DNA from: Klebsormidium nitens | Taxonomy: Eukaryota > Plantae > Klebsormidiophyceae | NCBI GenBank assembly: GCA_000708835.1 | Contig: DF236970.1 | Span: 310,001-374,000 of the forward strand | DNA: 64,000 bases | Direction of reading: 5' to 3' | In this document: piece after piece, positions 12,101 to 23,533 of the stretch | Position numbering within the stretch: the stretch's first letter is position 1 | How the letters are laid out: each line of letters opens with the position of its first letter | Program-made: the position numbers and the translations under genes | The notes under the pieces: model-generated | Seen by the model: only the letters and a program-made list of their open reading frames with translations | Databases searched by the model: none | What the model was told of the DNA's origin: nothing

Positions 12101-15100
12101 GACGCCATGGAGCGGGAGTCGGAGGCAGCGTCCGGAATGTCCTGGCGGCTCATCCGGTGTAGCAACGGTGAGGGGCATTCACACGGGTGCATTCTTTCCT
12201 CATTGGTCTGGGCGCTTGTGAATTGACCTGAGGGCTTTTCACATGTGGTCTTGAGGTACTCCTTCGAGCGAGAACTCAACGAGCGCAATCATAAGACTTT
12301 TCTATCAGCACAAATCCGTTCCGTTGCTTTGCTACCCCAGCGTCTGATTTCCGCTTCCCAATTTTGCAAGCTTTCTTATGAGTTCGACCATGTCTGCATC
12401 TGGTACAACTGGTGATTAGACTACTTCGATTGGTTTCCTCCTGTTGCTTATATTCCGTTCCTCTGCTCCCCTTCAGGCCTCCGGTTCTTCGAACAGATAC
12501 ACGACTCCGAGGACGAGGTGGGTACAATCACGCCTCCTTACGTTGTGCCAACTGGTTTCACGCATTTATCGAGAACTCAGCTCGAGCAACCCCGTTCTAT
12601 TTCCGCCGGTTCATTTTGAACGTTTGTGTCTTTTTTCCCACTTTTCCTGAACCCAGGGTTCGGGTTAGAAAAACCTATGATGTGGCCGTTCGGAGAGGCT
12701 CTGCAGAGGTGCGAAGCACGGCTTTGAAGGTGACCATCCAGATGATTTTGCCAAACTAGCGAGAGACAACGTATACGGACCTTGGGAGGAGTCCTCCCTT
12801 CTTTCGTCACCCAAGTTCTGCCATCTGACAGAGCCTGACCGACTTCGAGGCTTGCTGACAAGCCTTCCGTTTCCAACCTGGAACCTTTTGTCCTGATGTC
12901 TTTTCCACAATCGTCCAACTCCCGGTGCTCTTCCTTGCAGAACAACACCCGGACGGTCAAGTCCATCGGCATCGTGGATGCTCCTGCGGACAAAGTGTTT
13001 GCTCTCGTAATGAGCATGGGGAAGCTGCGGCTCGAGTGAGTCTTCTAAATCAGACGGCGAAAAGTTATCGTTGAGAAGGCAACGGACCGTTTGATTTGCT
13101 TGGTGACTCGTCCCCCGAGAGCAATCAATCTACTCACGGGCGTGGTGTTGAATGACGAGCACTCACTCTGTCGAAGTTGCTCCTTCTTGTTTGAAACGGA
13201 AGCTTTTCGGCTGCTACTGCAGACGAGCTCAGTATGCGAATCTCATATGTTTTTTTCGTGAGAGGCACATGCTTCGTCATTTAGTCTCTGCATAAGTTGT
13301 TGAGGTCCCACAACAGTTGCTGCTCAAGATCCAGAGTCGTTGCATGGATTGTCGCCACCTGCACAGCACGTAGCACTAACGCGAGCTAATCCTTACGAGC
13401 AGTCGAGTCTCATCGCCGTCAAGATCGTCAAGGCCCATAAATTCCAGAGGTTTCATCGGTCGTAGAGAACCCTGAAAACTGGAAGCAGTCATCGCCGGTC
13501 GAGACCTCGAATTCCTGAAACCTCTGAGCTCTTATCGCCCTCCAAAAACGTCTAATACCTCAAACCTCAACGGCGCCTGGTACTTCAGGTGGGACGCGGT
13601 GGTCAAGGAAGGCAAGGTCGTGGAGGAGATTGACGGCCACACTGACGTCATCTACAAGAAGCTGCGGAAGGACTGGCACCGGGGCCTGGCACGCAGCAGG
13701 GATCTGCTCATTTCGCGCTACTGGCGGCGGACGGAGGACGGCAGATACGGTGAGCCGACATATATTGCAGTGGATCCATACTCTGTTCGGCAAAAGTTTC
13801 ACTCCGATGAGAAGCCTGGGGCGTTCTACTCGGATCTTGAAAAGCAGAGGCCAAGCTAGAGGGTCCTCCTATCTGTGCGTGACAGCTTGTTGTCAAGACC
13901 CGACGTCCTGGCATCGGACACTCTTAAGCACAGGACGAGAGCGATCCAATCATGAGTACTCTTGCGATCCTTTGCAAGCTAAAGCTGGAGACCGTACCGG
14001 CCGTTTGCAGGGGTAATTTTAGTAGAAGAGTCTTTCTTCAACGCGTTCCCAATTCTCTCAGCTATTGGGGAATTATGCCCTTTCTCACAGCTATGGTTAC
14101 GGGTAATTGATTCCAACTTGTTTGCTATGCTGACGGATCCGCATTCAGACCGGGCACCCGTGCCCCCGTGCGATCAAACATACTGACGAAAAGCTCGTGA
14201 CTTCGGTGCAGAGATTCTGTACTTCCCAGCTCGACACCGGGACTTCCCTAAGAAGTTTGGAGTTGTACGAGTCAAGGTTGTCAGTAAGTGTCTGGCACAG
14301 CGCTTCTCTTTTGTCATGGGCCATGCTTGTTATACTGGTGGGACACATTGTTTCAGTCCCTTGGATAGAGTGACGGTTTGTTGAGCTTGAACAGCCATCC
14401 ATCACCTTTGGAGGAATCAATTGGCTGACATCAAGCTTACGAAAATGACCCAAAGGATGGATCCACGACGTCCGACCAACTATCCCGCTGCCATGCTACC
14501 AGCCCTGAACCTCGTTGTCCTCTCGTGCTCAATCAGATGAACGTCTTGCTAGCCTATCATTCAATTCTTCAAGCGTTGATCTCCCCGATGCAGCGCATTC
14601 TCATGTAACGACGAGGCACTTTTTGGTGCCAGTTTCTCCATGTCATCATTATGGTCTTTCACCATCCCTCTTTGGCTGAGATCGAAGTGTACCCATTGCT
14701 GACGTCATCACTCTCTCCACAGGCGGCGGCTTCGTGATCTCCCCCATGGCACCCGCCCGCGGCACCTCCTCCCCGTGCTGCATCATGAAGCACTCCACCT
14801 ATGTTTAGGAATCCGCTGACATATGTATCTTCATTGCTGACGTCTTTACTCTCGACAGGTGGCGGCTTCGTGATCTCCCCCATCGCGCCCGCCCCCGGCA
14901 CCTCCTGGCGGCGCTGCATCGTGGAGCACGTCACTGCACCAACCGCAAACGTCATAGAAAACCTGCTGACGTCCGTAAGACTAGTCAATGCTGACGTCAT
15001 CACTGTCACCACAGGCGGCGGCTTCGTCATCTCCCCCATCGCGCCCGCCCCCGGCACCTCCTCCCCGCGCTGCATCGTGGAGCACGTCCTGGAGATGAAG

Positions 15101-18100
15101 CCGCACGGTGTCTCCTGCTGCTGCGGCCAGGCGGGGCCCACCTACCGGGAACGCCTCCACTTCATGATGCTCAACCGAGTGGCCGGTAAGCTGTCTTTCT
15201 GCTCGCCCGTGTATTTTTCTTCTTCGCCGCTCTGTTGTTAGCTTGTGCGTTCTCTTTTCCTCGTGCTTAATATGCGCAGCAACACCTGGATGAGAATTTT
15301 CTGGAGCGCCTCCATTTCATGATGCTCAACCGAGTGGCCGGTGAGCCGTCTTTTTGCTGGCCCGTGTATATTTCTTCTTCGCTTGGTTGTTCATTTTTTG
15401 TTCTCTTTTCCTCGTGCTGGAAATGCGCAGCGACAAGTAAGTGATGTTGTGTATGGAAGCGCCCCCACTTGAGGATGCTCAACCGAGGGGCAGGTGATCC
15501 GTCGTTTTGCGGGCCCTTTCCCCCTTCTCTTCGTCACAGCAGGTGCTCCGGAGCTCGCTCTGAACTCTTTCCGGGTCTTCCCCCTCCGTATCTCTTGACT
15601 CCCTTACCCTGTCCGACTCCTCTGACGCTCCATCTGTAAACCCTATCCCTCTGGCACCTCTCCACTGCCTGCAACATTCTCTCTCGAACTCTCTGCAACA
15701 TGCTGTGGTGCTCAATTTATCTCGGTCCCTTTGGCAGGCATCCGTGAGCTGTTCGCTATCAAGCTGGCCAAGCCCCCTGCCCCCGTCTCTGCGTCTCGGA
15801 CCCGCTCGATCGAGCACACGCACACCAAGGACGACTCCCGAGAGCTCTTTGTGAAGATGCCCTCCAACGCGTTCGAGTTTGGTAAGCGCGCATCCAAGAT
15901 CTTTTTGAGTGGGTTCAGACCACACCAACAAGTGACGGGTTTTCCTCGCCAGGTCTGAGACAAAGGTTTGCAACGACACGGACTTGTGGCGAACTGACGA
16001 AAAGGCCACTGCTCAGGTCCATTTAGCGCAAGTTCTGCGTTTCACGAGCATTGCTGGAGTCTGTTTCTTGACAAAAGGACAGCAGGCTGCTGTCGATTTA
16101 TGGGTAATGTCATCTACTTTTGGGTGGCTCTCTTTCACTCCCACGAATTGCAGCTTCCCGGTTGCACCCCCGCTTCGTCGTTTTCTCTTGACGTCCGTGG
16201 ACGATAAGGTTCTGACCTTGTTAATTTTGATTGCTCCCCGATCAGGGCTGCAGATGAGCTTGAGGACTCGGAGACTCTAGTCCCACGGATGCAGCTCTCC
16301 CCTTTGCGGATCTCGAACCCTAGGTTTTCACGATAAAAAAAACTGACAAATAGAATACCCGGGAGCTCGACTGCAGGCGAGTTTAGAGAACCGGAGACGG
16401 CGACCCCGACGGGGCGCAGCTTCCCGTTCGCAGGCTTGGAACTCTAGCCTCAACAAACGACGCAAGGCTAAGTACCCGGAATCCAATCCTCTCTTCGCTT
16501 GGCTTGCAGGCGAGTCGGAAGATTCAGAGACGGCAAGCCCGACGGGGCGCAGCTTCCCGTTTGCGGACCTGCTGGAGGACGACACCGATGACGAGGACGA
16601 CTTTTTCGACGCCACCAACGAGCTCACCGAGGCGCAGACCGCGCTCAAGCGGCAGCTCACGCAGCGGGTGGGTCTCTGCCTTCGGGATTCCTGATTATTG
16701 AAATAATTGACAAATTAAAGTTCCCGGGCCCTTCTTGTGGTGGGCGTTTTAGCGGTTGTCTTTCCTTTTCTCAAGCAACGAGCTTACCCGAGGCGCAGAG
16801 TGCTCTTAAGCGGCAGGTCACGCAGCGGGTAGGAATGCGTTTGGCGATCCTGACTATTTAAAGGACAAGATGCAAAAAAGGAAAGCTTCGACATTACCTG
16901 CTTGTGGTGGGCGTTTCCGGCGGTTGTGTGTTTCACTTTCAACCAACGAACTCACCGAGGCGCAGACCGCGCTCAAAGCGACAGCTCACTTGCGGGTGGG
17001 GATGCATTTGGGAACCCTGACTATGCATTTGGAATACGTGCTTTTGTGTGTATCGTTTTCGGTCGTATGACAGGGAGGGGGTTTGGAGATCCAAGGAGGT
17101 CCTTCAAGTTATTGTTGCTTTGCAGAGAAGACGAAGAGATAGGGGACATCGTTTTGCTCGCCGCTTGGCTTGCTACGTGCTTTTACTGAATCCGAGCGCT
17201 CGTGCACTTAGAGTTGCTCCCTCTGAGCGCTCTGAAAAAAACTCATAGGTGTTTGCTTCATGCAGAGGTTAAGTGGAAAAGCTCTTTCCACGCCAGAAGA
17301 CGCGACCGAGCTTCGGCGGAACGCCCCCTACAGCTTCGTCTCTGGTAAGCGCCCCGGCATGGCAGGTGTTCGAATGCGAGCTATCGGGCTTTGCGTTTTC
17401 ATCTCTTGGATTGTAAGGCTGTAGGGACGCTCACCGTTTCAAAAATGTTCCCACTCTTGCTTTTGCATATTATTCTCGTAGCTTCTGAGGATCGGTCATC
17501 GACAGCTCTTGCTCGCACCCAGCAGAGGCACGACCCATGACCAGGTTGTGAAGTACGCAAGTCTCTCTGATCGGAACTTCGTTTGGAGCTCCATCAGTAC
17601 TCGTTTACAGTATCCGCAAGTGCACTGTCCACATATTAAAACAGATGACAGACTTCTTTCGGGCTTTTGAGCTTCCGTTGGCTGTCTGAGTGCGAGCACG
17701 CGGACTTACGTAATTCTCCTTTGCAGATGCCGCAAGGTGTTTTAGCCTGGCTTTAGCAGGTGGCGCCACACCATCGCTTATGCAGACCCGCCCCTAGCCT
17801 GGCTAATAGCAGATGCCGCGCACCGTTTCTTATGCAGACCCTCGGCACGTCGTCCCCATTCCGGTTGACTTTGGCTCCTTTGTCGGCACGCTGGGGCGGG
17901 GCCCTGAGGAGAACGGCAAAGACAGCTGGAGCGAGCCAGCTGGACAGCTGTTCAAAGTGCGAGGAGCGAACTACCTGAAGGACCGGCAAAAGGTCAGCTG
18001 CTGGAAGCGCTTGTATGTTTACGTTTCTCCAAAAGCAACGAGGGTTTTCAGCAAGTTTTCTAGGTTGGCCTAGGATGTTGCAGAAAGGCTTTTGCAAGCG

Positions 18101-21100
18101 ATAGAATGTTGTACCAGAAGGAAAATGCTGCCAGTGCAGTGCAGACGACAGCGTCGCTCTTTCTTGCGGATCGGTATTTTTGGGTGTTGCTAATCTTTCT
18201 ATGTTTAATTGGAACCGGATGATGAAAGATATGTGTACATGAACCTTCACGTAAGTTCAATCACTTGGAGAGTCGTGAAAGGCGTTTCATCTCGATCTAG
18301 CAATGCTCTAGCCGAGGACGGTTACGCTGACCCAACCTGAAACCGGTAGGTGATGGCGGGCGAGCCGATCTGCCGGTTAGTGGCGACCGACTGGTACAAG
18401 TCGAACAAGAAGATGGACGCCCTCGCCAGCCGACCGGGGAACAAAATCATGCAGGTGGGGCAAAACTCAAAGAGCCCTCTTTTCTGTATTCTTTCGGAAA
18501 ATAAAGAGAATTTTGGCACAAAGGTATGTCTGTGGGCTGACAAGTCCTTCTCTGCGTTGTTTGCCCCTCCACGCGGTTGTGCATAACCGACGCAATCAGC
18601 CCATGTGAGAGTTGAGGCATGTGCGCTCAAAAATAAAATGCCTTTCTTCAGGAGACTTGCAAAGCGCTTCTTAAGTGCCTACTTTTCCAGGTACTCATGT
18701 CGCCCGTATTGTGATGGGTGCTTTGAAGTGACAGTATGGAGATCAGTGTTCTGGCCCCTTCTTCTCGCTCGAAGCTGGGATTTTGTCGAGACTCGACAAC
18801 TCATCACTGTGTGCAATTATTGAGTCGCAAGCACTCACAGTCAGAGCCTGGGCTTGCAGAAGTAGCCACTGTCCTTAAACCCCAAAACTAACGACGGATC
18901 TTTAAAAAGTTCAATCTCTCTGTGCAGGCGTTCCACGAAGCTAACAACGCGGACGGCACCAGTCGGGGGCTCTTTATGTTCGTCATCAACATGCAGGTGA
19001 CGTCAGCAACCCTCTCGCGAATTATCAAGCATGGGGCCGGCTGGGGTTGACTCTGCTGTCCACGTTGTTTTCACCAGGGCGTTGATCGATCTTGTTTTCG
19101 TTTCCACCTTACATGTGGTCACCGTTGATTGGGCGACAGCTGCCAGCGAAACTGGTTGGGATGCGTCAAACTGTATAACGTTGACCTTCTGTCTCCTGGT
19201 ACGTGCAAGGAAAGGTTAAAACTAGCTCACGATAAAGATCCCTTAAGTGCAATTTTTATTGCCACACCACGAACCGCTGAGACCAGTGAAAACCTGCCGC
19301 AGCGCCTCCTTTTTCTGCTTTACACTCTTGGGGCACACGTACTTTCAAAAGGCGTGTCACCGAACTCACCAAGGTGCCTGGCCTTGTCTGCGCGTTCAAG
19401 GTAGTTCTATGCCATAACCCTATTTTTGCCAGTTTCTCTGGGCCGACCAACTTCAGCATGGTCTTAAAATCCTTTCAGATTAGTTATCACTGCCAACTTA
19501 ATTCCTGTCCCAACCTGGCCCTTAACCCGGGAGTGTAACCAACTTCTTGACACTAATTTTCGTCGCTCCAAGTTCCTGGCCGGCCAACTCCAGCATGGTG
19601 CTTTACATTCTCCGGACCGCGTCATAACTCTCGTCTTAACTTTTGACCTCAACCCGGGCCCTTAACCCACGTGTTGAACCACTTTCCTGACACTACTTTT
19701 TCTCGCTTCAGGTCCCCGGGCCGACCAACTACAGCATGGTGTTTTACTTTTTGTGCGACAAGCCGATCGAGGAGGGCTCGCTGCTGCACCGCTTCATCCA
19801 CGGGGACGACGCGTTTCGCAACCGGCGCTTCAAGCTCATCCCCTCTATCGTCAAGGTGGGTGCACTCCATCAAATTGCTCATGTCAGCTTTGGATTCCGC
19901 AGGTTGGGACCCACTAATAAAAGTAAAAAGTCATGAGTTTTCGCTAACAGTGACGACGCATTCCGCAACCGCCGCTTCAAGCTTATCCCCTCTATCGTCA
20001 AGGTGGGCGCACTCCAACAAATTGCTGATCTCAAGCCTTGGATCCCTTAGGCTGTAACCCACTAAAAAATGGGTCAGGTCACAGGGTTATAGACTTTTCA
20101 GTGATGGGGACGGCACGTTTTGCAATTGGCGCTTCAATCTTATCCCGTCCATTCTCATTTAAATGCAAGCCTTTGAGGATCCGATACTCAAGCTTCGGTC
20201 CGTCAGGCTGAAAGCTACTAGAACGTGTCAGGCTTTGGGGCTATTGGAGTCAAGGATCTTTGGGCTTTTAGTTTCAGGCATCTGGTAAACGGAACTTCGT
20301 ACGTGAGACGAGGAGGGATCCAGCTGTGTTGTCAAGCTTAGCGTTGCCGTGTTCAATCAAATGACTTCTAGTCGTTGAGGCAATTGTGTTAATCTTGAGG
20401 CTGAGTCCTTTTCCCGGAAAGGTTCAGGAAGTTTCATTGTCAGGGACACGTTCTTGATTGAAGCACCAGGATTGGCCTCCGCATACAACACAGTAATATT
20501 GCAATGCTTGACCCAGAAGCCGGGCAATTTTAGATCATCTTCCTGGCTCCAAGCTCGGACGTCCGGGCTTGAACCGGTCGCTTTTGCTGCAGGGCTCCTG
20601 GGTGGTCAAGCAGTCGGTGGGTTCCACCGCCTGCCTTTTAGGGAACGCCCTCACCATGACGTACGTCCGGGGGAAAGACAATCTAGAGGTGGGTTGCTAC
20701 TTCGGGGGTGCCAGCTGTGCGCAATCGAACCCCGAGACGGAGGCGATTTATTGAGAGCTCTTGCATAGTGTCATTGAAGAGTATGAAAATGCGCAGTGAC
20801 TATTGCACCTCGGCAGACGAGTGCAATCTGCCCTTCCTTCAAAACAGGCAGAGACAAAGGAAGCATGCCGAAGAGGGACCAAGCACGACTCCCTGTCCTG
20901 ACGCGCGACTTCGGAGACATATTGTCATTGCTCAGTTCGAAAGTCCTCGAGGTCGACATCGAAATTGAAACCGAGATCGGCCTGAAGGACGAACTCAACG
21001 GCGTCGTCTTTGTCTTGCAGTTCGAAGTGAACATCGGTTCGTCGATGGTTGCCAACGGCATCATGGGGATGGTCGTGGGCTACATCACGCATCTAGTTGT

Positions 21101-21670
21101 CGACATGGCGTTCCTTGTACAGGTGAGCCCAGTTGTAGAACCTCCTCGCTTTTACAGAATGTGTTGGGGCCTTTTGTTTGAAGCATGTTCACATTGACTC
21201 GAGAACGTGGCGGGAGCATTTATTGAGCATGTCTTCGTCTTTTTCGTACTCTCTCTGGGCGTGCGTGCCCTTTCCTTCCCAAGTTCGACTCTAGAGCTTG
21301 TCTGGGCTGTCTTGTCACTGATGCTCTTGAGGAGCTTTGCCCAAGCGTTTCGTCAACGCTCCAACGACTGCTTCCGAACATTGTACGTGATACATCTCGT
21401 TAGTCCCCAAGTCAGTTTTGGGAATGGTTGGTCTGTACACAAAAACCCCTGTCACGCTCTCCCTCGCTTTTTACCTAATTACACCTTCCGTAAAGCCGTA
21501 CCAGTCAGTATCACAGCTCAAGTGCGCCTGCTGACGCAAGGTCCTCACACTTTGCTTATGCACAGGGCGACACCCCGGAGGAGCTCCCCGAACAGCTCCT
21601 GGGGGCCGTGAGGATATCCCGGCTGCAACTGACGTCAGCCGTCGATCCCCCACCGGTTGACGAAGCGTGA
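9116..21670 (+). CDS. EDR2: EDR2-like lipid-transfer protein (PH + START + DUF1336/EDR2_C), about 878 aa, 20 exons
   Basis: Exons 9116-9295 (GC donor), 9925-10119, 10892-11079, 11390-11460, 11862-12167, 12477-12517, 12941-13035, 13589-13749, 14212-14283, 15015-15185, 15738-15881, 16510-16667, 17266-17344, 17838-17992, 18350-18454, 18928-18996, 19712-19855, 20593-20688, 21021-21122 and 21566-21670; phases close to a 2637-nt ORF. PH: EGQLYVV..GRYFVL..EWMSALQSAI. START: WRLIRCSNGLRFFE, VEEIDGHTDVIY, RDLLISRYWRRTEDGRY, SGGFVISP. DUF1336: WSEPAGQLFKVRGANYLKDRQK, FRNRRFKLIPSIVKGSWVVKQSVG, NIGSSMVA, DMAFLVQGDTPEELPEQLLGAVR. The symbol is family-level, not proven orthology. Confidence 0.93.
14698..15500 (+). 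repeat. Diverged tandem copies of both splice boundaries of EDR2 exon 15015-15185
   Basis: Acceptor plus exon-start copies begin at 14723 and 14859. Exon-end plus donor copies end at 15340 and 15493. Confidence 0.92.
16245..17030 (+). repeat. Diverged tandem copies of both splice boundaries of EDR2 exon 16510-16667
   Basis: Acceptor copies begin at 16254 and 16377. Donor copies end at 16828 and 16995. Confidence 0.9.
19420..20160 (+). repeat. Diverged tandem copies of both splice boundaries of EDR2 exon 19712-19855
   Basis: Acceptor copies begin at 19433 and 19573 (period ~140). A donor copy ends at 20002, and a weaker copy lies at ~20103-20156. Confidence 0.9.
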
Positions 21671-23035
21671 CCCGATCCCTCCTTGGGTGGTCACCGCAAG
21701 GCCTATAAAGGACAGGGTTAACGTGGACGAAACGAGAGGTATGCGCATGCTTGAGCATGTGATGATCTGCCCGCCCGCTCCTTTTTGGAGCTTAGTTTGA
21801 ATTGAGGAATTGAGTTGACACGCGTCAAGCACCACTTATACCGACCGGCCCTTTCCGAAGACTTGCACCAGCCAATGCACTGTAAGACTGAGTTTGTACA
21901 GTACTGCTGTAAGACTGGGTATATACAGACACTAGTTGAAACCATTACGCAGACAATGTTTTGAACCATTCCCTCACCCTCTTCCGAACCCCTTCGAACA
22001 CATAACAAGCCCGTTTATAACCTTTAGACCGTCGTAATGCACCGTGACAGCCGCACCCATTGAAACTTGCATATGTCAAGCTGATTGGAGATTTGCCATG
22101 TTCGAGCTGCAAGCAATGATGCCTATAGCTTGGTCACTCATTGTCGCTCATCACGAACGCTCCCTACTAACGCCTGCGCATATGGGGCGCATATGTCGAA
22201 TCTCATCCATGATTATGGATCGTTGCAATTATTCAATGATTAGTTATGCAAACACTAAGTTCATCATGGCATACAATCCACAAATCATGCCTGATATTGA
22301 TTGACGGTAAGCACTGAGAGTCTCTGTGTTTTCTTGGCGCACTATGCATATCATTGATCGATGCCCACGGATGGGCCGCCGTTTGACATACATCAAAAAG
22401 TCTGCAATAAAGACTCATCCACCTACTACCGTACCTTTGCTTATGACATGCTGCATGGGCCGCCGGCCCGTACTGAACAATTTTACGATCATAAAGACCA
22501 GGCTGGGCCGCCGCCTATCACATCAGACGGTAGCAGGACATCATTGCAGGATGCACAATTGTAAACGATCAATATCGCGTACGTTGTGCCAGATGCTGCG
22601 GGGGGGCGCCGCACATGCTGTCAGATCTATGATGCAAGTCTCTGAGGCTTTGCTCATAGTAGTAAATATGTTTCTGGCTAGCACGCCATGCACACTGCCA
22701 GCTGCTGATGCTTGTTTGAGGCATAGGCATTATGCAAGTCATTGACGCAAGCTTCGGCGGCCCAGTACGAGCGCGTGGACAGACACGTACGCACATTGTC
22801 GATCGCCGCGTATGGTTAATTGACTCGATCTGCTGCATAATAGTCGATCGTTCAGCCTATCTTTCTCTGTCATGATATGGCCAAAGATTCGACGTTACAG
22901 CCGCACGTATCAAGATCTGAGCGTCTGGAAGGCTAAGTTGCTGTCCATGAAACACACGTTCCAACAATCACGAACATGTAAGACGCCCCTAGCTGAACGG
23001 GCGGCCCATTCAACATGCAGGACGTCCTCGACCAT

Positions 23036-23219
23036 ATAGGTCTCGATTTCATGTTGACTAAGGAAAGTGCCCGGGAGACGGGTAGGGTTGGTTTGGGGGT
23101 TAGGGTGAGTACGGGTGCAAAGCGTGTCATTTTGTTGGTTTAAGTTTTTAGTTTTATTCGTTACCCCGAGCACCAACCTTAGTCAACATGCTCTTGGTCA
23201 ACATGAAGTCGAGAAGTAT
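23036..23219. mobile_element. MITE-like 184-bp element with 23-bp imperfect TIRs and a 9-bp flanking direct repeat
   Basis: The left end ATAGGTCTCGATTTCATGTTGAC (23036-23058) matches the reverse complement of 23197-23219 at 20/23. An inner perfect 14-bp inverted repeat CATGTTGACTAAGG lies at 23050-23063 and 23177-23190. CTCGACCAT directly flanks both ends (23027-23035, 23220-23228). Confidence 0.55.
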
Positions 23220-23533
23220 CTCGACCATCGCAGAGTGCTTAATGACCTCCAGCTGTGATAAGACTCCTTTGTACGAAAATCAATTCAAACCATCCACTTC
23301 ACCGTGACTCAAAATCCGGACTCGAAGCATTGTTGCGCACTGCCAGCGTGGAAAAGTGCATGCCAAAGCGACCCGTTAAAGTCCCGACTGTATCTGATTG
23401 ACGAGGAAGTCACGAGGCTACGGTTTAATGCGGTCGCATCTCTCTGTAAAAGCTGATAGACGACCGAAGCTCGCAACCCTGGAACTGGTCACAAATCACG
23501 TACGAAAGCTAAGAAAAGACTGAAAACTCAAAA

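Noticed and set aside
17482-17560. Candidate extra EDR2 exon after CTCGTAG
   Set aside because: It introduces stops in the required phase, while exons 17266-17344 and 17838-17992 already join in phase.
23082-23106. GGTAGGGTTGGTTTGGGGGTTAGGG, telomere-like
   Set aside because: Only one TTAGGG unit; it is internal sequence of the MITE-like element.
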